A stretch of 64,000 nucleotides of DNA from Tubulanus polymorphus (Eukaryota > Animalia > Nemertea), in NCBI RefSeq assembly GCF_964204645.1, contig NC_134028.1, positions 930,001-994,000 of the forward strand, given 5' to 3'. Made by a program: the position numbers and the translations under genes. The notes below the pieces were generated by a model. The model was given only the letters and a program-made list of their open reading frames with translations, was not told the origin of the DNA and did no database searches. Shown piece by piece: positions 50,205 through 63,877 of this stretch (the first letter of the stretch is position 1; each line of letters begins with the position of its first letter).

Positions 50205-52625
50205 ATGATGGGTAAAACTAACATGAAACAGAGAATTGGTAAACCGCAGAAAGGCAGGAAACACAAGAAGTTGAAGGCTGTAGATAGTAGTTATTCAGCT
50301 GAATGGGGCGTGCGAAATGTGAAAAAAAAGTAATCACTCGAACAACTCCTCAGACCTGATTCTCAAAATCAATATGAATTCAATCCTGACCTTGGCCTAG
50401 TTGAATTAACACCAACAACTGTGGAGCAGTTTAATAGCAAATAGACTTTCGAGATTTCATATATTCACTGCCATTCTAATCTTTATGGTTTAATCTTTAA
50501 TCTAATCTATTATGGTAATCTTTATGGTTTTAACAATCTTTTCTGAATTATTTCAGGGAACCGATTAAAATAAACAGCAGACCGAAGAATATCAACGATC
50601 AAGAAGTTCCGTTTGCTGCGAAGATGATTTTATCAAAAGATTCTCGATTCAAGAGAAAACGTAATAAAAACCATGGCCCGAAAGAAGGTACAACTAGAAT
50701 TTCATTCATTGAAGTCATCTTTATTTATTTAGTCACAATTTGTGTGTTTCTAATTCTATTCACTAAGTGTAAGTCGTCATTTGGTTAAGTCGTCACAATA
50801 CTGAAGTCATCTCTATTTTTGAGTCTCAATTTATATTTCTAAGGCTAAGTCGTCAAGTCATCCACGTATAATGATTGTCCAAATGATGTTTTTGAGCTGA
50901 TTTTTACAATGTGTGTTTGTTCTACTGTTTAAAGAGTTTCCAGATTATGAACATCTAAAGAAAGAGAAAGGAATGACGCGACCTGTCGAACCGGTTCCTG
51001 TTTTCCAGCAGCAGAAAGGTGAAAGTGATTTAAAATTCATGCAGCGAGTTGAATCTAAATGTCAAAGTGTTTTAGATGACGTTAGATTCCAAAATAAATA
51101 CGGAGTAAGTTTTCAATCATTTTTCACAATGATTCTGTTTTCACTTTCACAGATATCGGTTATGTTTGACTAAAATTAAAGTTAGTTCATTGTCAATGTT
51201 TTGTAGACCCAAACTTTACCCGATAACAGATAAGTCGGGTTCAGACTTATCTTACTTTATCTTTTTGTCTACAAGAAAATAAACCTCTTGAAAATATCCA
51301 TTATTCATCGTCTACAGGTTTATCAGTGAATTTATTTATTTCATAAAGGAAAGATTGGGTTATCATTTACCATCGCTTTAAACTTTATGGAAAGTCTTTA
51401 TTATTGACAGAACCTATATAATTTCTATTTGAAGCATTTTACAATTTTAAAGGTCTATATCATGAAATATTTACCCACTTCTGGACAAATATGCAATATT
51501 ACTTAGCACAGTTCATTGAAACATACGGATAATGTCTTGTATATTGTAAAGGGGGGCAGGACCTCTGTAAATGTGCAGACTTGCTGATCATGTGCCCTCG
51601 TTTAAACATGTACCTATATTCTAAATATGGAAGTAGATAAAATTATCCGCAATAATGTTTAGGGATCATTTATTTATTACGTACGCATAAAATTTGAAAT
51701 TTTCAACCCCCTCTCCCTCTGTACGCAAAATCGGACATTTTTTCATATACATTAAGCATTACAGTACGCAGTTGCACTGACCCCCTCCCCCCTCCCCTAA
51801 TGTGTACGTAATAAATGAATGACCCCTTAGTGCTGTATTTATAATTTCAGTTAGAAACTAAGATGGCAGAAGATGAGACATCGGTCAAAACCGCGGCGTC
51901 TAAAAAACAAAAAAAACTCCAGGATGAGTAAGTTTTTATAGGCTGTTCCTGATGAGATATGCTTCGTTCCGAAACGATTATTCATGTTTTGATGTTTTCT
52001 ATTCGTGCAGGAAAACGATAGAGAAACAAGAAAAAATGAATAGTCAAAAAGTTGAAAAGAAATTGAACACGAAACATGATTTTAGTCAACTTTCAGGTAA
52101 CAATCAATCATTGTATGAGAATTAAGTATTATTACATCACCCATTTTCAACCCCTCTTATACTGTTTTCAGATAAAGTGAAATTTGGAGAAGTTGTCAAC
52201 GCACCTCCGACATTAACTGCTAAACCTAGAAAGAGTAATAACATCCAAACAAAGGTAAAACAACAATTAGGTTTTATCAGAAAAACTCATTGAATATAGA
52301 TTTATTTTTCATATCAAATTCATGCTCACTCCTAGAAAATGTGTTTCTAGTTCTATTAGTTATAATTTGCTGATTTAATTTGTTTCAGCCCGGTCTCAAG
52401 AAATCATTGCTACTTCACGAAGTGATTCAGAGTAATACAACTAACACTCTGAGTAACAACCCTGGTCCAAAAACCACGAGCAGGGAAATAGGAAAAACTG
52501 TTAAACGTAAAAATCTCTCGGAAACCGAGAAAATTCGAATGGATTCTGAACAAGAAAGAGCCATAAAACTTTACAGAGAAATGAAAGCAAAACGACAAAA
52601 AATGAAAAATGATTTTAATACTTGA
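50205..52625 (+). CDS. CCDC137: Coiled-coil domain-containing protein 137 (7 exons)
   Basis: Exons 50205-50329, 50557-50687, 50935-51104, 51851-51927, 52011-52096, 52172-52254, 52389-52625. Motifs: DQEVP, PVFQQQKGESDLKFMQRV, DKVKFGEVVNAPPTLTAKPR, EQERAIKLYREMK. Confidence 0.85.
51662..51826. mobile_element. Tourist/PIF-Harbinger-like MITE (165 bp) in CCDC137 intron 3
   Basis: ~27-bp TIR gggatcatttatttattacgtacgcat / atgtgtacgtaataaatgaatgacccc with TTA on both sides. Confidence 0.85.
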
Positions 52626-52876
52626 TAATAAATTAAGAATAGTCGTTAATTTAATTCTTCTCGTAAACTTTATTTTGACTTTTTTGATATCGTTTCTAAG
52701 ATGAGGACATAGAAAATTATGGATGAGGATAATCTGAAAATCACTCGCATGCCAGAGTGTAGGAGTATCGACGGCAACCGTACAGTGCTGCCGCTCGACG
52801 GCGGTCACGTCTAAACTCAGTAATATTTTTTCAATTCAATTTATTGGATTGATATTTTCGAATAGTTTTCTTAAAA

Positions 52877-54964
52877 ATGTTAAGGATCTACACGGTAGAC
52901 GCCTTCGCGAGTGTTGCGTTCGAAGGAAACCCAGCCGGTGTGTGTATTATAGATAATGAAAAGGTTTGTCATTGAATCAATCGAAATAAATCCTCCCTTT
53001 TACTAACATCGATCATGCTAATTACCAACCAAAAACATCCCTGAAAACTGCGGTGTTTTTATTTCATCGTTCAGCTTCCATTTGATGACACAAAGCTGCA
53101 GAAAATTGCGTCTGAAGTCAATTTATCTGAAACTGCATTCATAAGCCAAGTGACAGATGGAGGAGACTTTAAAGTAGGTAGGTAGGCTCTGTGTAGTAGA
53201 AGCCCTACCCCTATTTTAATTCCAGTAAGGTTTATTTCAAAAGGTGCGTACCGGTACTGATGATAAATATATAATGTTTCTTATATTCAATGATTCGATA
53301 CACGATCGGCAAATATTCCACCTTTAGAGAAATTGATTTGAATTGTGTGAAATTTGAGTTAGATTTATCTATCTTTGAATAGGAGATGAATTCAACTTGC
53401 GATGGTTCACTCCGACTAATGAGGTTCCATTATGTGGGCATGGGACATTGGGGGCGGCTGCTGCTTTATTCTACTGCATCGGTAAGTTTTTAGATGGAAA
53501 GTAACTTAAAGCTCCTATTTCACCACAGACCAACAATCAACAATCTTTTTTTTCAAAGGAAACAATTCATCGAGTTTGAAGTTTCATACGTTGAGCGGAA
53601 CACTCCTAGCCAGACGATGCAATGATGAAATTGTATTAGATTTTCCACTGAATGAACCGACACCAATGACTGAGGTAAAAAAGAGAATTTCATCGAAAGT
53701 ATGTACTGTCTTTTGGGGCAGATCCAATTTATTAGAAATATCTCCTATTTGTTTCAGGATGATAAAGATTTGATGTCCTTAGTTCAGGTACATTTTATTA
53801 GTGGGATTTTTCCTGCAATATTCGAAAGAAAATAGACTCTTTACTAATTTGTGGTAATTGATATTTATTGTAGCCAGTTGTTGGTGATTTATCAGTTCAT
53901 GAAGTTCAACTTTCTGGTTCAACTGTGAAGAAATTGCTCATTCGCCTCAATGATAAAGTAACCAGGTAAAAGGTTCACTTTTCCTTTGGTCTGAATGCGG
54001 ATTAATGTTTTAACAAATGTATTTATATTGCACTACTAAAGAGCAAATCCCACAAATTATGATAACGAAAAAAAAGACTGAAAATATTCCTTGAGCTAGT
54101 GTAGTTTATTCAACGTTTCGACTATATTCTGATAGTCATCTTCAGGAATACTGTATTCCTTGAGCTAGTGTAGTTTATTCAACGTTTCGACTATATTCTG
54201 ATAGTCATCTTCAGGAATACTGTATTCCTTGAGCTAGTGTAGTTTATTCAACGTTTCGACTATATTCTAATAGTCATCTTCAGGAATACTGTATTCCTCG
54301 AGCTAGTGTAGTTTATTCAGCGTTTCGACTATATCCTAATAGTCATCTTCAGGAATACTACATGTATAACTGTCAATTGAGACTTGAATATTGAATATTC
54401 TAAATTACCAAATATCTCTGGATTTGTTTAGGTCCGATCTGGAGAAGTTATCACCAGATCCACGTGAGCTGCTGTCACTTCACGATGGCAGCAAAATCAA
54501 GAGTATAATCGTCACAGTAGCTGGTAACGAGGCAACTGACGACACCCGTGAAAAGTATGATTTCCTGTCGAGAAACTTCGCTCCGTGGCACGGCATTCCT
54601 GAAGATCCAGTTACAGGTAGGAGTAGACTGTGGCGACATCTACCGACGCTTATGATGAACTATTACCGACGCTAATGCAGGAGAATTCAACGTTTCTTTT
54701 CTTATCAATCTAGGTTCCGCCCATACCGTCCTAGGTCCTTATTGGTCTGAAAAACTTGGCAAAAAAGAGTTATATGGTATGTTTGATTTAAATTCCTGTG
54801 GAAAAAAACAACAAATCATGATATTTGGTAATAATTTGTTTGTTTTTACAGCGCGTCAATGTTCAAAAAGAGGAGGCAATATTCGTGTGAAACTACGTGA
54901 TGATTCCAGAGTTGATCTCTCAGGGAAAGCTGTAATTGTTATGGAGGGTTCTTTACGTGTCTGA
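52877..54964 (+). CDS. PBLD: Phenazine biosynthesis-like domain-containing protein (PhzF family), 9 exons
   Basis: Exons 52877-52963, 53075-53177, 53383-53481, 53559-53674, 53758-53787, 53874-53965, 54432-54616, 54714-54776, 54852-54964. Motifs: [59 protein letters not shown]. Confidence 0.95.
54085..54359 (-). ncRNA. Tandem array of four 69-bp units, each with a minimal type I hammerhead ribozyme motif
   Basis: Minus-strand unit: TATTC-CTGAAGA-T-GACTAT(cagaat)ATAGTC-GAAAC-GTT-GAATA. This gives stem I TATTC/GAATA, the CUGANGA and GAAA core, a 6-bp stem II and a palindromic ACGT stem III. Confidence 0.75.
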
Positions 54965-55561
54965 AACTATTCATCCACTTTAACTATGCACAGAAAAGAC
55001 TGTTATGACTTAGGACTCATAGAATATATATTGATGAATAAATGCAATTTGTTTCGAGTTTATCTTCGAAAACCAGGATGTCTGGATCAGTTTTGTGGTG
55101 AAATTGAGCCTTGCGTTAAAGATGGTTAGAAGCAAGTCTACTTATTGAAAAAAAATTGGGTCTAAGGTTGGGTTGGGTCTGCGCTCACTTTTCTTCACTT
55201 AGATTGTTGTATCGGTGAAATCCGTCCCATGAGATCTATGGAAACTAATTCGTTAGTAAAATATTGACTAAATGGTATCAAGATATTGGCCAATAAAGAT
55301 TAATTTGCTTTGAATTCTTCCTGTGGCATGTGAGTCTGCCGCCTTACCGGATGCTAGTACATACTCAGAGCGAATAGTTCTATCAAAAGTGGCTTGAAAA
55401 TCGTTTTCAAAAGAAGATTCCCCTAAAATGTAGTTTTGGTGTTGCAACAATTGTTCATTTAAAACAAACTAATGTCGAGCGATGAATCAAATTTGACTTG
55501 GAAAAGCATCAATATTCCTCGCATTCCACAGTTAGAATAGTGAAGCCTTGTTGGATCTTAA

Positions 55562-55867
55562 CCGTTCAGTGCTGCCCCTATCAAAAACGATAGCGGAATT
55601 TCTGTGAACTAAAATCTCACTGCCGGAACTTGAACTCGTACAATGGACTGTCGCCCCATTTCCATAGTTTTATATTATATTTTAGCAAAAGCTCATTTTT
55701 TTCAATTGTGTAATATATGTGTATACACAATAAATTATTCATTTAACATTTTTGAATCATATCCGATGAAACATTGACAAAACACGGGCCGAAGAGTCTG
55801 GCAAGCGAATATTACGCTAGTTCATGTTTTACCCGCTATAGTTATACACTGGGGCAGCACCAGACGG
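55562..55867. mobile_element. piggyBac-like MITE (~306 bp)
   Basis: TTAA|ccgttcagtgctgcccc ... ggggcagcaccagacgg|TCAA: imperfect TIR, CC...GG termini, degenerate right TSD. Confidence 0.55.
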
Positions 55868-57757
55868 TCAACACGGACTAACTGTGGCCGGCTAAGATTC
55901 CGTGACGTTTTATCTAATGACATTATTCTCTCAATTGAGCCGGGTTTGAACTGAAATAATTGCAATTCAAACCTGATTGATTCTCACTCTTAGTGTTGAA
56001 GTTGTTTTTAAAAGATAAGAACTGATTCGTGGCGAACGAAATTGTCATGTTTCGGGCCGCGGCCCGCTTCGGATCGGGCTTGTCAAAGTCGAGAGTCCAT
56101 GTCAAGACTTACCCTATTTGAGTGTTCATTTGCCATGGCATTTGAAGTGTAGCCTGTATACAACAGGACTCGGGAGAACCCGCTGGCCGCGCAGTATTTC
56201 TTGAATACAAAATATGGAATAAACTCCGCCAATACTCAATTCGAAAAAAATCATATTCCATATTCGCGGATGATTACTATATATATATTGTAGATCAAGA
56301 GCACATATGGCGATTCAAAATAGTCATGAGGCAGATACTTGATAAATGGGTTCCCAGATGTGGCCATTAGCGCTAGCGAACTTGAAGCACCACTTGTACG
56401 GCCTGTTTTGTAGTGATTGAACGTCGTACTGCAAATGGGTGACATTGTCGTCGTCATGAGTGCACAGTTACTGAACGTTATAGAGAACGACTCTATTCAC
56501 AGCGCGCTGTGGTGTTAGTATTCAGTCACATCTGTAGTTTCTTCGATAATATCATCTCTGATTTAACATTCAACATATCCATGTACTATACTCTGTTGCA
56601 AAAAATTGTTGAAGCATCCGATGAAAGATTCCGCGTTTAAAATCTATGATGCCCACAACTATCAAGATGCAGGAATGACAAATCTCGCTTTGTTCAATGT
56701 CAGTTTGGAGAAGTTGAAATATCAGCCTTGTTCTGGGGGTCAATTAGAATTGATTAATATGATTCAGTCTCCTTTTTTTCCTGAGAAAAATGCACTGTTT
56801 ATCAGTGATATCGTCTGACACGTCAACTACTAGACGCGCGGGGCGTCTTCGGACCATTACTGAAATGTGAACTACAAACACCGCTGCTGCAATCTGCGGT
56901 TCTTCAAGATATTATTATTTGTACTGATTATAAGTTGGCGATATTTTTACTTTAGACAATACTATCGAGTTAACCCGCAAATATTCATCGGCGGCGCCTA
57001 GGTGGTCGTCGAAATAAAACGTCTGGCTCTGTTCCAACCGACGGCGCGTCGGGAGAAATGCAAACATATTACCGTATACTATGTACACACAGCTGTGGAA
57101 GCTTTGGCTCAAAAAACTGCAGGTAGAAATCTTTCCGTAGGGAACGTGATACGTGTAAATATACACAGCCGACGTAAAATACATTTTTTATCGTCGAAAC
57201 CTTTTAAAAAAATTGACGAAATTTATCCTATAGGGATTTCTCAATAGAGGTGGAATTCAGGTTCAGTATACGAGCAAAATTCAATTTTAAAGAATGCGCT
57301 CAACAAAGGAGCAGTGGCAAGCGATGCATTATATGGAAAATTAATGCACAATACATTTTTTACGTAATTATGTGTATTTCATTTTATGTATATCATGTAC
57401 AATATATATTTCCACACTTGCCACAATCACCGCCCGTCGTTACGTCACGAATAAACGGGTCACATTAGGTCGTATTTACGATACGTTTTATTTACTCATA
57501 TTCAACCTCACCTCGTATCGACTATTACCCCCTTTCCTCACTCGCCCCCTCACCCCAACTCGGGGACGTAATAGCTTTTTATTCCCTCCAGAAATAAGAG
57601 ACAAAAGATCGATGAAATTCATCAATAATAAACCCAAGGAACTGCACACATCTGTATCAGACAGAGACCAGCTGTGCAGTGTAAGTCATTAACCGCATTC
57701 AATGCATTAATCACCCGCAATACGACGACAAAAACCGGGGGACCTGATTTGTGTCGG

Positions 57758-57981
<224 letters not shown>

Positions 57982-60091
57982 AGCGAGATATATATCTAAG
58001 CGAGAGAGACTGATCGAGGCAGCTAGCGCGAGTTGCTTGGCAGCGCCCATCTGGATGTCACCTCACAGTCATTTACTTGCATATACGCGACGGTACCTCG
58101 GTAACTAATGGGAATAGAAACCGTGCATTTTGATTCAAACCAGGGATAGATGATAGAGAGAGAGCTCGAGTGTTCTAAACAAAAGCTTCTGCTGTTCGAT
58201 CGATTCATTACGTGCGTGCATCGTTCCCCGATATTATGCCAGGCACACCTGTCAGCGCGCGCGCGCGGTGCATAGTCAGGTATAATTGGAAGTAGACTAC
58301 CATCAGCTACATCAGTACCCACCCATTTCATAGAATATTACGATTATCGATATAAATCTTGTATTACCCGCGATCCGAGTGCAATTCTATTTTTGTAACA
58401 AGTTTTACATAGCATTTAGAAAAGTCAATTTTACACCTATAAAAAAGCGAATACTGTTCACCAAAGCTGCCTGTATAACATAGATCTTCAGAATACGAAT
58501 TTAAGACGATCACTTTCTATCGTATTTGTTTTATTTGCGATATCTTTACCAAATTTTTGGGCGCTGCCTCGATATCAACGGACCTTGACATTCACTCGTG
58601 CGTGATCGTATAGATGGCGCATTGGTGTAAATTTTGCACCGGTGCAGAATTGAGCCCGCCATAAATAATGTACGTAATACATTGTAATACGGCTTATGGA
58701 TTATCATTCTGGCGTGGTTTTTTTTAAATATTAATTCCAATATCACGCGACAAAAGACTGATACATACTAAAATCATTATTATTAATTCCATTATGACAA
58801 GCCTTCACAGAATCGCATCAATACAATATGTCATAAAGCAAACCGTTAGTTGGATCGTGGCTGTTGTGCTATAGCAACCTTTGTTGAAAGATGAATTGAC
58901 ACATCTGGCGAATAGAGTAGATTATACACTATTGGTGGTAGACACACGTACTCTCAGTAGCTCTAGCAATACATGTACGACCGCTGCCTTGAACATCTGT
59001 GCCACACGTCGCAATATTGTCTCCCGGCCACAATACGAATAATGGCTTTTTTATTATGATATTCCGTATACCGAGTGACACACAACACTCTTTCAATACC
59101 CACCCGTTTTTTACCGCTCACAAATGACATTTAGAAAAAAAGCCGCTGCTGAGAGATGGATGATGTGAATTTTATATCATTACAAAAAAATGGAACGACG
59201 TTCGATGCTTCTGAAAATACAATACAACAAAAAAAAACGTTCTGCAGTTTTTGAATAGATATTAAAAAACGTCTGTTCGATGATGAATCCTGAAGGCTGT
59301 TTGACAACGGCTGCAGTAAATGTGATAACACGACGTGTTGTTTATCTCAAACAAAGACGGCTAAATATAAAAGATGTGACGCGCTGCTATATCGCACAGG
59401 AACCAGCAATAGATTCAAATCCAAGGCATTAGTTCTTTAGCCGATTTAGTAGCGAGACCAGTCTTAGGATCCAAGACCACTTTTGGAATCGTAGAATGTG
59501 CAGCTGAGCTATGGCTAAACCGATTTTTGCCCAGGGACTCGCTACAGTCGACTCTCGAATTTTGAGTTAATTAAGTCGGACAGCTTGTGGAATGTGTAAC
59601 TGGAGTCGGTGACAGCTTTCAAGAACACGGTGACATTTAAATATACTTACTCGACTTACAACATCGCGAGGAGACATCAAAATATCAACAGGTGAAACTT
59701 AGATGACACGGATGCCTTTCCAGTGGACAGAATAACAGCTGAATAACAGTATAGGCCTACTTCCTGCAACCGGGGCCTTGACACGAAGATCGAATATCGC
59801 TTCATTTACCTGTCCCAGGCAAAACCTGCTGCAAACCTGACCGTATGACAATGAATCATCCGGTAGTAACTGTTTATCATCTTACCCCGACTCTTTGTTT
59901 GACCATGGACGGTGGTCAAATTACGGATGTGAAGTGAAACTGTATATGATACGTGTCCTTGGTTTTGATGATCCCGAAGAGTAAAACCCGAATACCCAGA
60001 CGATCTTCACGCTCCTTTCACTTTCGTGACGAAAAAAATAACGTAGTTAAGATTCAGAATTAACCCATATATCACCAACGAGCTGAATATT

Positions 60092-60237
60092 CAAAGTAGA
60101 ACCTCGTTAAAACGACCTCGGATAAACGATAAATCAGTTGATTATAAAACCTAGAATGTATCATTCCAACAGTTTCAGTGATTTCGTACTGAGATTTTTA
60201 GGTGCCGTGAAGTTCGTTGTAAAACAAGATTCCACTG
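60092..60237. mobile_element. Tc1/mariner (pogo/Tigger-like) MITE, diverged
   Basis: caaagtagaacctcgttaaaacga ... tcgttgtaaaacaagattccactg imperfect TIR. Confidence 0.55.
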
Positions 60238-61856
60238 TTAATAAGACAAATGGTTGAACTGCATCAGTGTCAGTGAACACAGTGGTTTATAATATCACAT
60301 TTTATTGAATTCGTATTACATCAGATTGATAACAGGAGTAAAGCGCACGTGTTGAAAAACACGAGATGAATTTTTATAGTGTAAGAATAACAAATATCAA
60401 TTTTTTATATTCGGTGTGCATTTCTTGACTTAGATTACATTATTACATATTCATAGATATAGCGGTGGTATAGTATAGATATAATAGTATATAATATGTG
60501 TATATCGATATACGTGTACATGTATATGTACTAATAATCAGAAGAATTATTTACTCTAGAATCAACAGTATATTTGTAACAAGAGATGATCGAACGAAGC
60601 ACACTCGCTTGCCGGAGATAGACTAAGAGCTCGCTTCGGCAAGCGAGGGCCGCAAGCACATTTTAAAAGCGACAACACGACACACACACGGAGTGAGGAG
60701 ACACTCGTCCATTTTTTCAAGAGTTAATTTACGGCGCTTCACTCTCAAAAAAAAAATTTGTTCATTGGGCCTTGTAGAATTTATCGTCGAAGTTATTCAT
60801 GCGTAAATTTCAATTTTCCAATTATCCCCGACAAAAAGCGCGCAGTCCATGCGTGGCTGCGGTGTGTTTCATTTCATATATAGTAATCTAATGGCAGTTC
60901 GCGACGCACAGAACCTAGCAGCAGGCCGTCGAGATGACGTTTAATTCCGTCGTCGCCGTATATTTTTCAGATCAGGGTTTTTGAAGTCTAATGGAATGTG
61001 GCAGTTATTCGCGATCGACCGTAGAAAAAATTCAGTTCATATATAATATACACGTCTATTATTTATCAGGGCGCCATTAATTCGTGAGTGAATTATTAAA
61101 CATTGCGGCAGGCCCTTATCTGTTGTTTGCCATTTCCGCATTAATAACCATGTCCTGCATATAAGCGAACATCTGGCAGCGATTAGCATAATAACGGTTG
61201 TTATATGTGCCGTGATATATACGTGTGTGAGGAATGAGACACTGTACTCTTTCACACACACATATATACACACACAGCTGGTCTCAAATGTCGCCCATCA
61301 AAAACTACTCCTTTTAAACCAGATTTTCAGCGCCGCGTGAAAAAATCTATACTTATATAAATAAAGTATGAAGAGATAATATAATGGTTCTCGTAGATTC
61401 GATTATTTGGCGAAGGATACTTGTAAGTGAAATACCGCCGTGCATTCAGCGTGCACACATAACACAACACACACACACCTGTGCGTAAAGGAAAGTATTT
61501 ATGACAATACATACAGATATAATCGTGCGCCAGTTGTGTACAATATGTAAAAATAAATACAAGTCTTGCATACTCCGGAGGTGTGTATTATTAACAAACA
61601 TCGATTCATGATTCAAGTATTTTCAAGTTGAACAGTTGTTTGAAAGAGATGGTGGTGGTTGCGTGAAGCTGCGTTTATTTTATTCGAACGCTGCTGCTGC
61701 AGATGATTTTACCGATGCCAAATATCGCGGATGTAAATGTTGAAAAAAGAACCCGAATACATTATTCATAAGATGTCTAGAATATCAGAAATAAATGGAA
61801 ATTCATTACTGAGGTTTACCAAAAATGACAATCGGTGAGGTCATGTGACGTTAGCC

Positions 61857-62036
61857 GCGATGGAACCCTCGTTATAACGAATTTCAGGGAAACCAGAAAA
61901 TCTGTTCCGATACAACCGATAAAGTTCGTTGTCCAGTATGGAATTTCTGAAATTGTCCTATTTCGAATGAAATTCTAGATTTGCCAAACGGATAAATCGG
62001 TACGTCCGGAGGTCGTTATAACGAGGTATCCACTAT
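61857..62036. mobile_element. Tc1/mariner (pogo/Tigger-like) MITE
   Basis: tggaaccctcgttataacga ... tcgttataacgaggtatcca inverted termini; similar to 60092-60237. Confidence 0.6.
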
Positions 62037-62852
62037 AGTCGGAATCTATGCGGGGATGACATGAGAAAGGGAGCTGTATGGTGCTAAATGACAGGCCTGA
62101 TATAAATGAGAGAACGCGATGCATCAGTTACATCTCTCCCTCTCTCCCTCTCTCCCTCTTCCTTCTCTCCCTCTCTCCCCCTCTCTCTTTCTCTCTCTCT
62201 CTCTCTTCATATCGGGTATAAAAATAACAAAGCTTTGACTTAAGATATACATGTATAAATATGTGAATGACGTTGAATGACTGTTTGCGTGACGTCTTAT
62301 ATCTTAAAACTGATAATTTTATCATAGAAAAAAATCGTCTCCTAAAATATACGGAGATAATCTTATCAATATTATCATCACCAGCATGGCGCGACGTGAA
62401 GCGGCTGTATGCTGACACAGCTGTGTGTTATAATAGTACTGATTTATCATACATTCACTCCGCTATATCGATTTATAGCTACTTAAAATATATATATATA
62501 TAAGATAGCGCCAACAATATATTCTCTTCTCTTCTCTAAAAGGAATGCTTCTTAATTAAACAGGACTCTCTTTAGCCACATATACACAATTATTACATCT
62601 CATCACAGTCCACATTCAACATACAGACAGTATATATCTATATCTATATATATATATATATAATATTCATTTTCACAAAAATATCCAGTAAATTAATTAC
62701 ACGTATTAATCATTCGATTTAAAACTACTATATAATATTAATAATAACAATCATCATAATATATATGTATATAATAATAGTTATCATTAGTAATAGATTT
62801 GTTCGATTTAAAACCAATTTGTTATTGCACATAGATTTATAACGCGATTTCG

Positions 62853-62998
62853 ACGCCTGGCCGAAGCGACCGTCAGTGACCGTCGCCGCCTGGCCAAAAC
62901 CGGCCCATCGGTGACCGTCGCCGCCTGGCCAAAACCGGCCCATCGGTGACCGTCGCCGCCTGGCCAAAACCGGCCCATCGGTGACCGTCGCCGCTTGG
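62853..62998. repeat. 35-bp GC-rich tandem repeat in the presumptive Atoh8 3' UTR
   Basis: ggtgaccgtcgccgcctggccaaaaccggcccatc, ~4 copies. Confidence 0.9.
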
Positions 62999-63181
62999 TC
63001 AATGCCGGTCCATCTGTGGCTGTCGCCAGCTGGCCGAGTCGGACCATCAGCGACTATTCCAGCGTTTACGGCACTCGGCGTGAAAAAAAACTTTCATTCC
63101 CAAATAAATTCCTTCAAACTCCAAGAACTACTTGATATTTTCGCGGATGGCAGGTGGTATTAAAGCGGTGGGTTTTAATCC

Positions 63182-63877
63182 TTAATGTCGTTTTTTTGCG
63201 CGACCCTCAGTTTGAATGGTGCGCGTGCACAAATCGACACATTCTCCGAACGATGGGCGACTCTGATCACGGCTGTAGTCCATCTCGGCTAATCTGGACA
63301 ACGACAAAATATAACAACAGGCGATTCGTAATATTGCTAATTTCGATAGTTTTTGATTATAAGAATAAGACGGTACTGCTCGTCTGAGATTCTCGAAAGC
63401 GGCGCTGATCGTGTGAACCCTCGACCGTTCACGGGCATTAGCCTCGATACGGCGTTCCATCGTCATACTTTTATAATTTTTGCGCGGTTTTCGACCGGAC
63501 TGGTCCTCGTCGTCTCCCTGATAGAACGAATTCGGAGACTGGTTGCCGGCTCGGTTCATCTCGTCACCGGACTGATTGTGCGAGAAGAACGCGCCGGACA
63601 TAGCGCCGTATTCGAATCCTTGAGGTACAGGTATAACCCCGGGTGGGAGGCGAATAGCGTCTAAATCCGGATCCGAACTGGACGAGACCCGAGACTCACG
63701 AGTTCTCAGCGTTAATTCCTCCTCGTCATCGTCTAAAGACGGAGTCGCCCCATCGTCGGAGCCATCCGAGCGGCGCGGACATATCTCAGGTGGTTCCAAC
63801 GAACCCTCCATCGACCCAGGACTATCCGGACAAAATCGTTTAGTGCTATAATCACTCAATCGTCGCGGCTGGCTCAT
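63182..63877 (-). CDS. ATOH8: bHLH transcription factor Atonal homolog 8 / net (231 aa, single ORF)
   Basis: RRIEANARERSRVHTISAAFENLRRAVPSYSYNQKLSKLAILRIACCYILSL followed by DYS...SF.ECV..CTRT.Q.EGRAK, the pattern characteristic of Atoh8/net. Confidence 0.93.
   Translation of the reverse strand: MSQPRRLSDYSTKRFCPDSPGSMEGSLEPPEICPRRSDGSDDGATPSLDDDEEELTLRTRESRVSSSSDPDLDAIRLPPGVIPVPQGFEYGAMSGAFFSHNQSGDEMNRAGNQSPNSFYQGDDEDQSGRKPRKNYKSMTMERRIEANARERSRVHTISAAFENLRRAVPSYSYNQKLSKLAILRIACCYILSLSRLAEMDYSRDQSRPSFGECVDLCTRTIQTEGRAKKRH

Noticed and set aside
51948-51982. ctgatga...cgaaac hammerhead-like core in a CCDC137 intron
   Set aside because: No credible stem II or stem I can be drawn.
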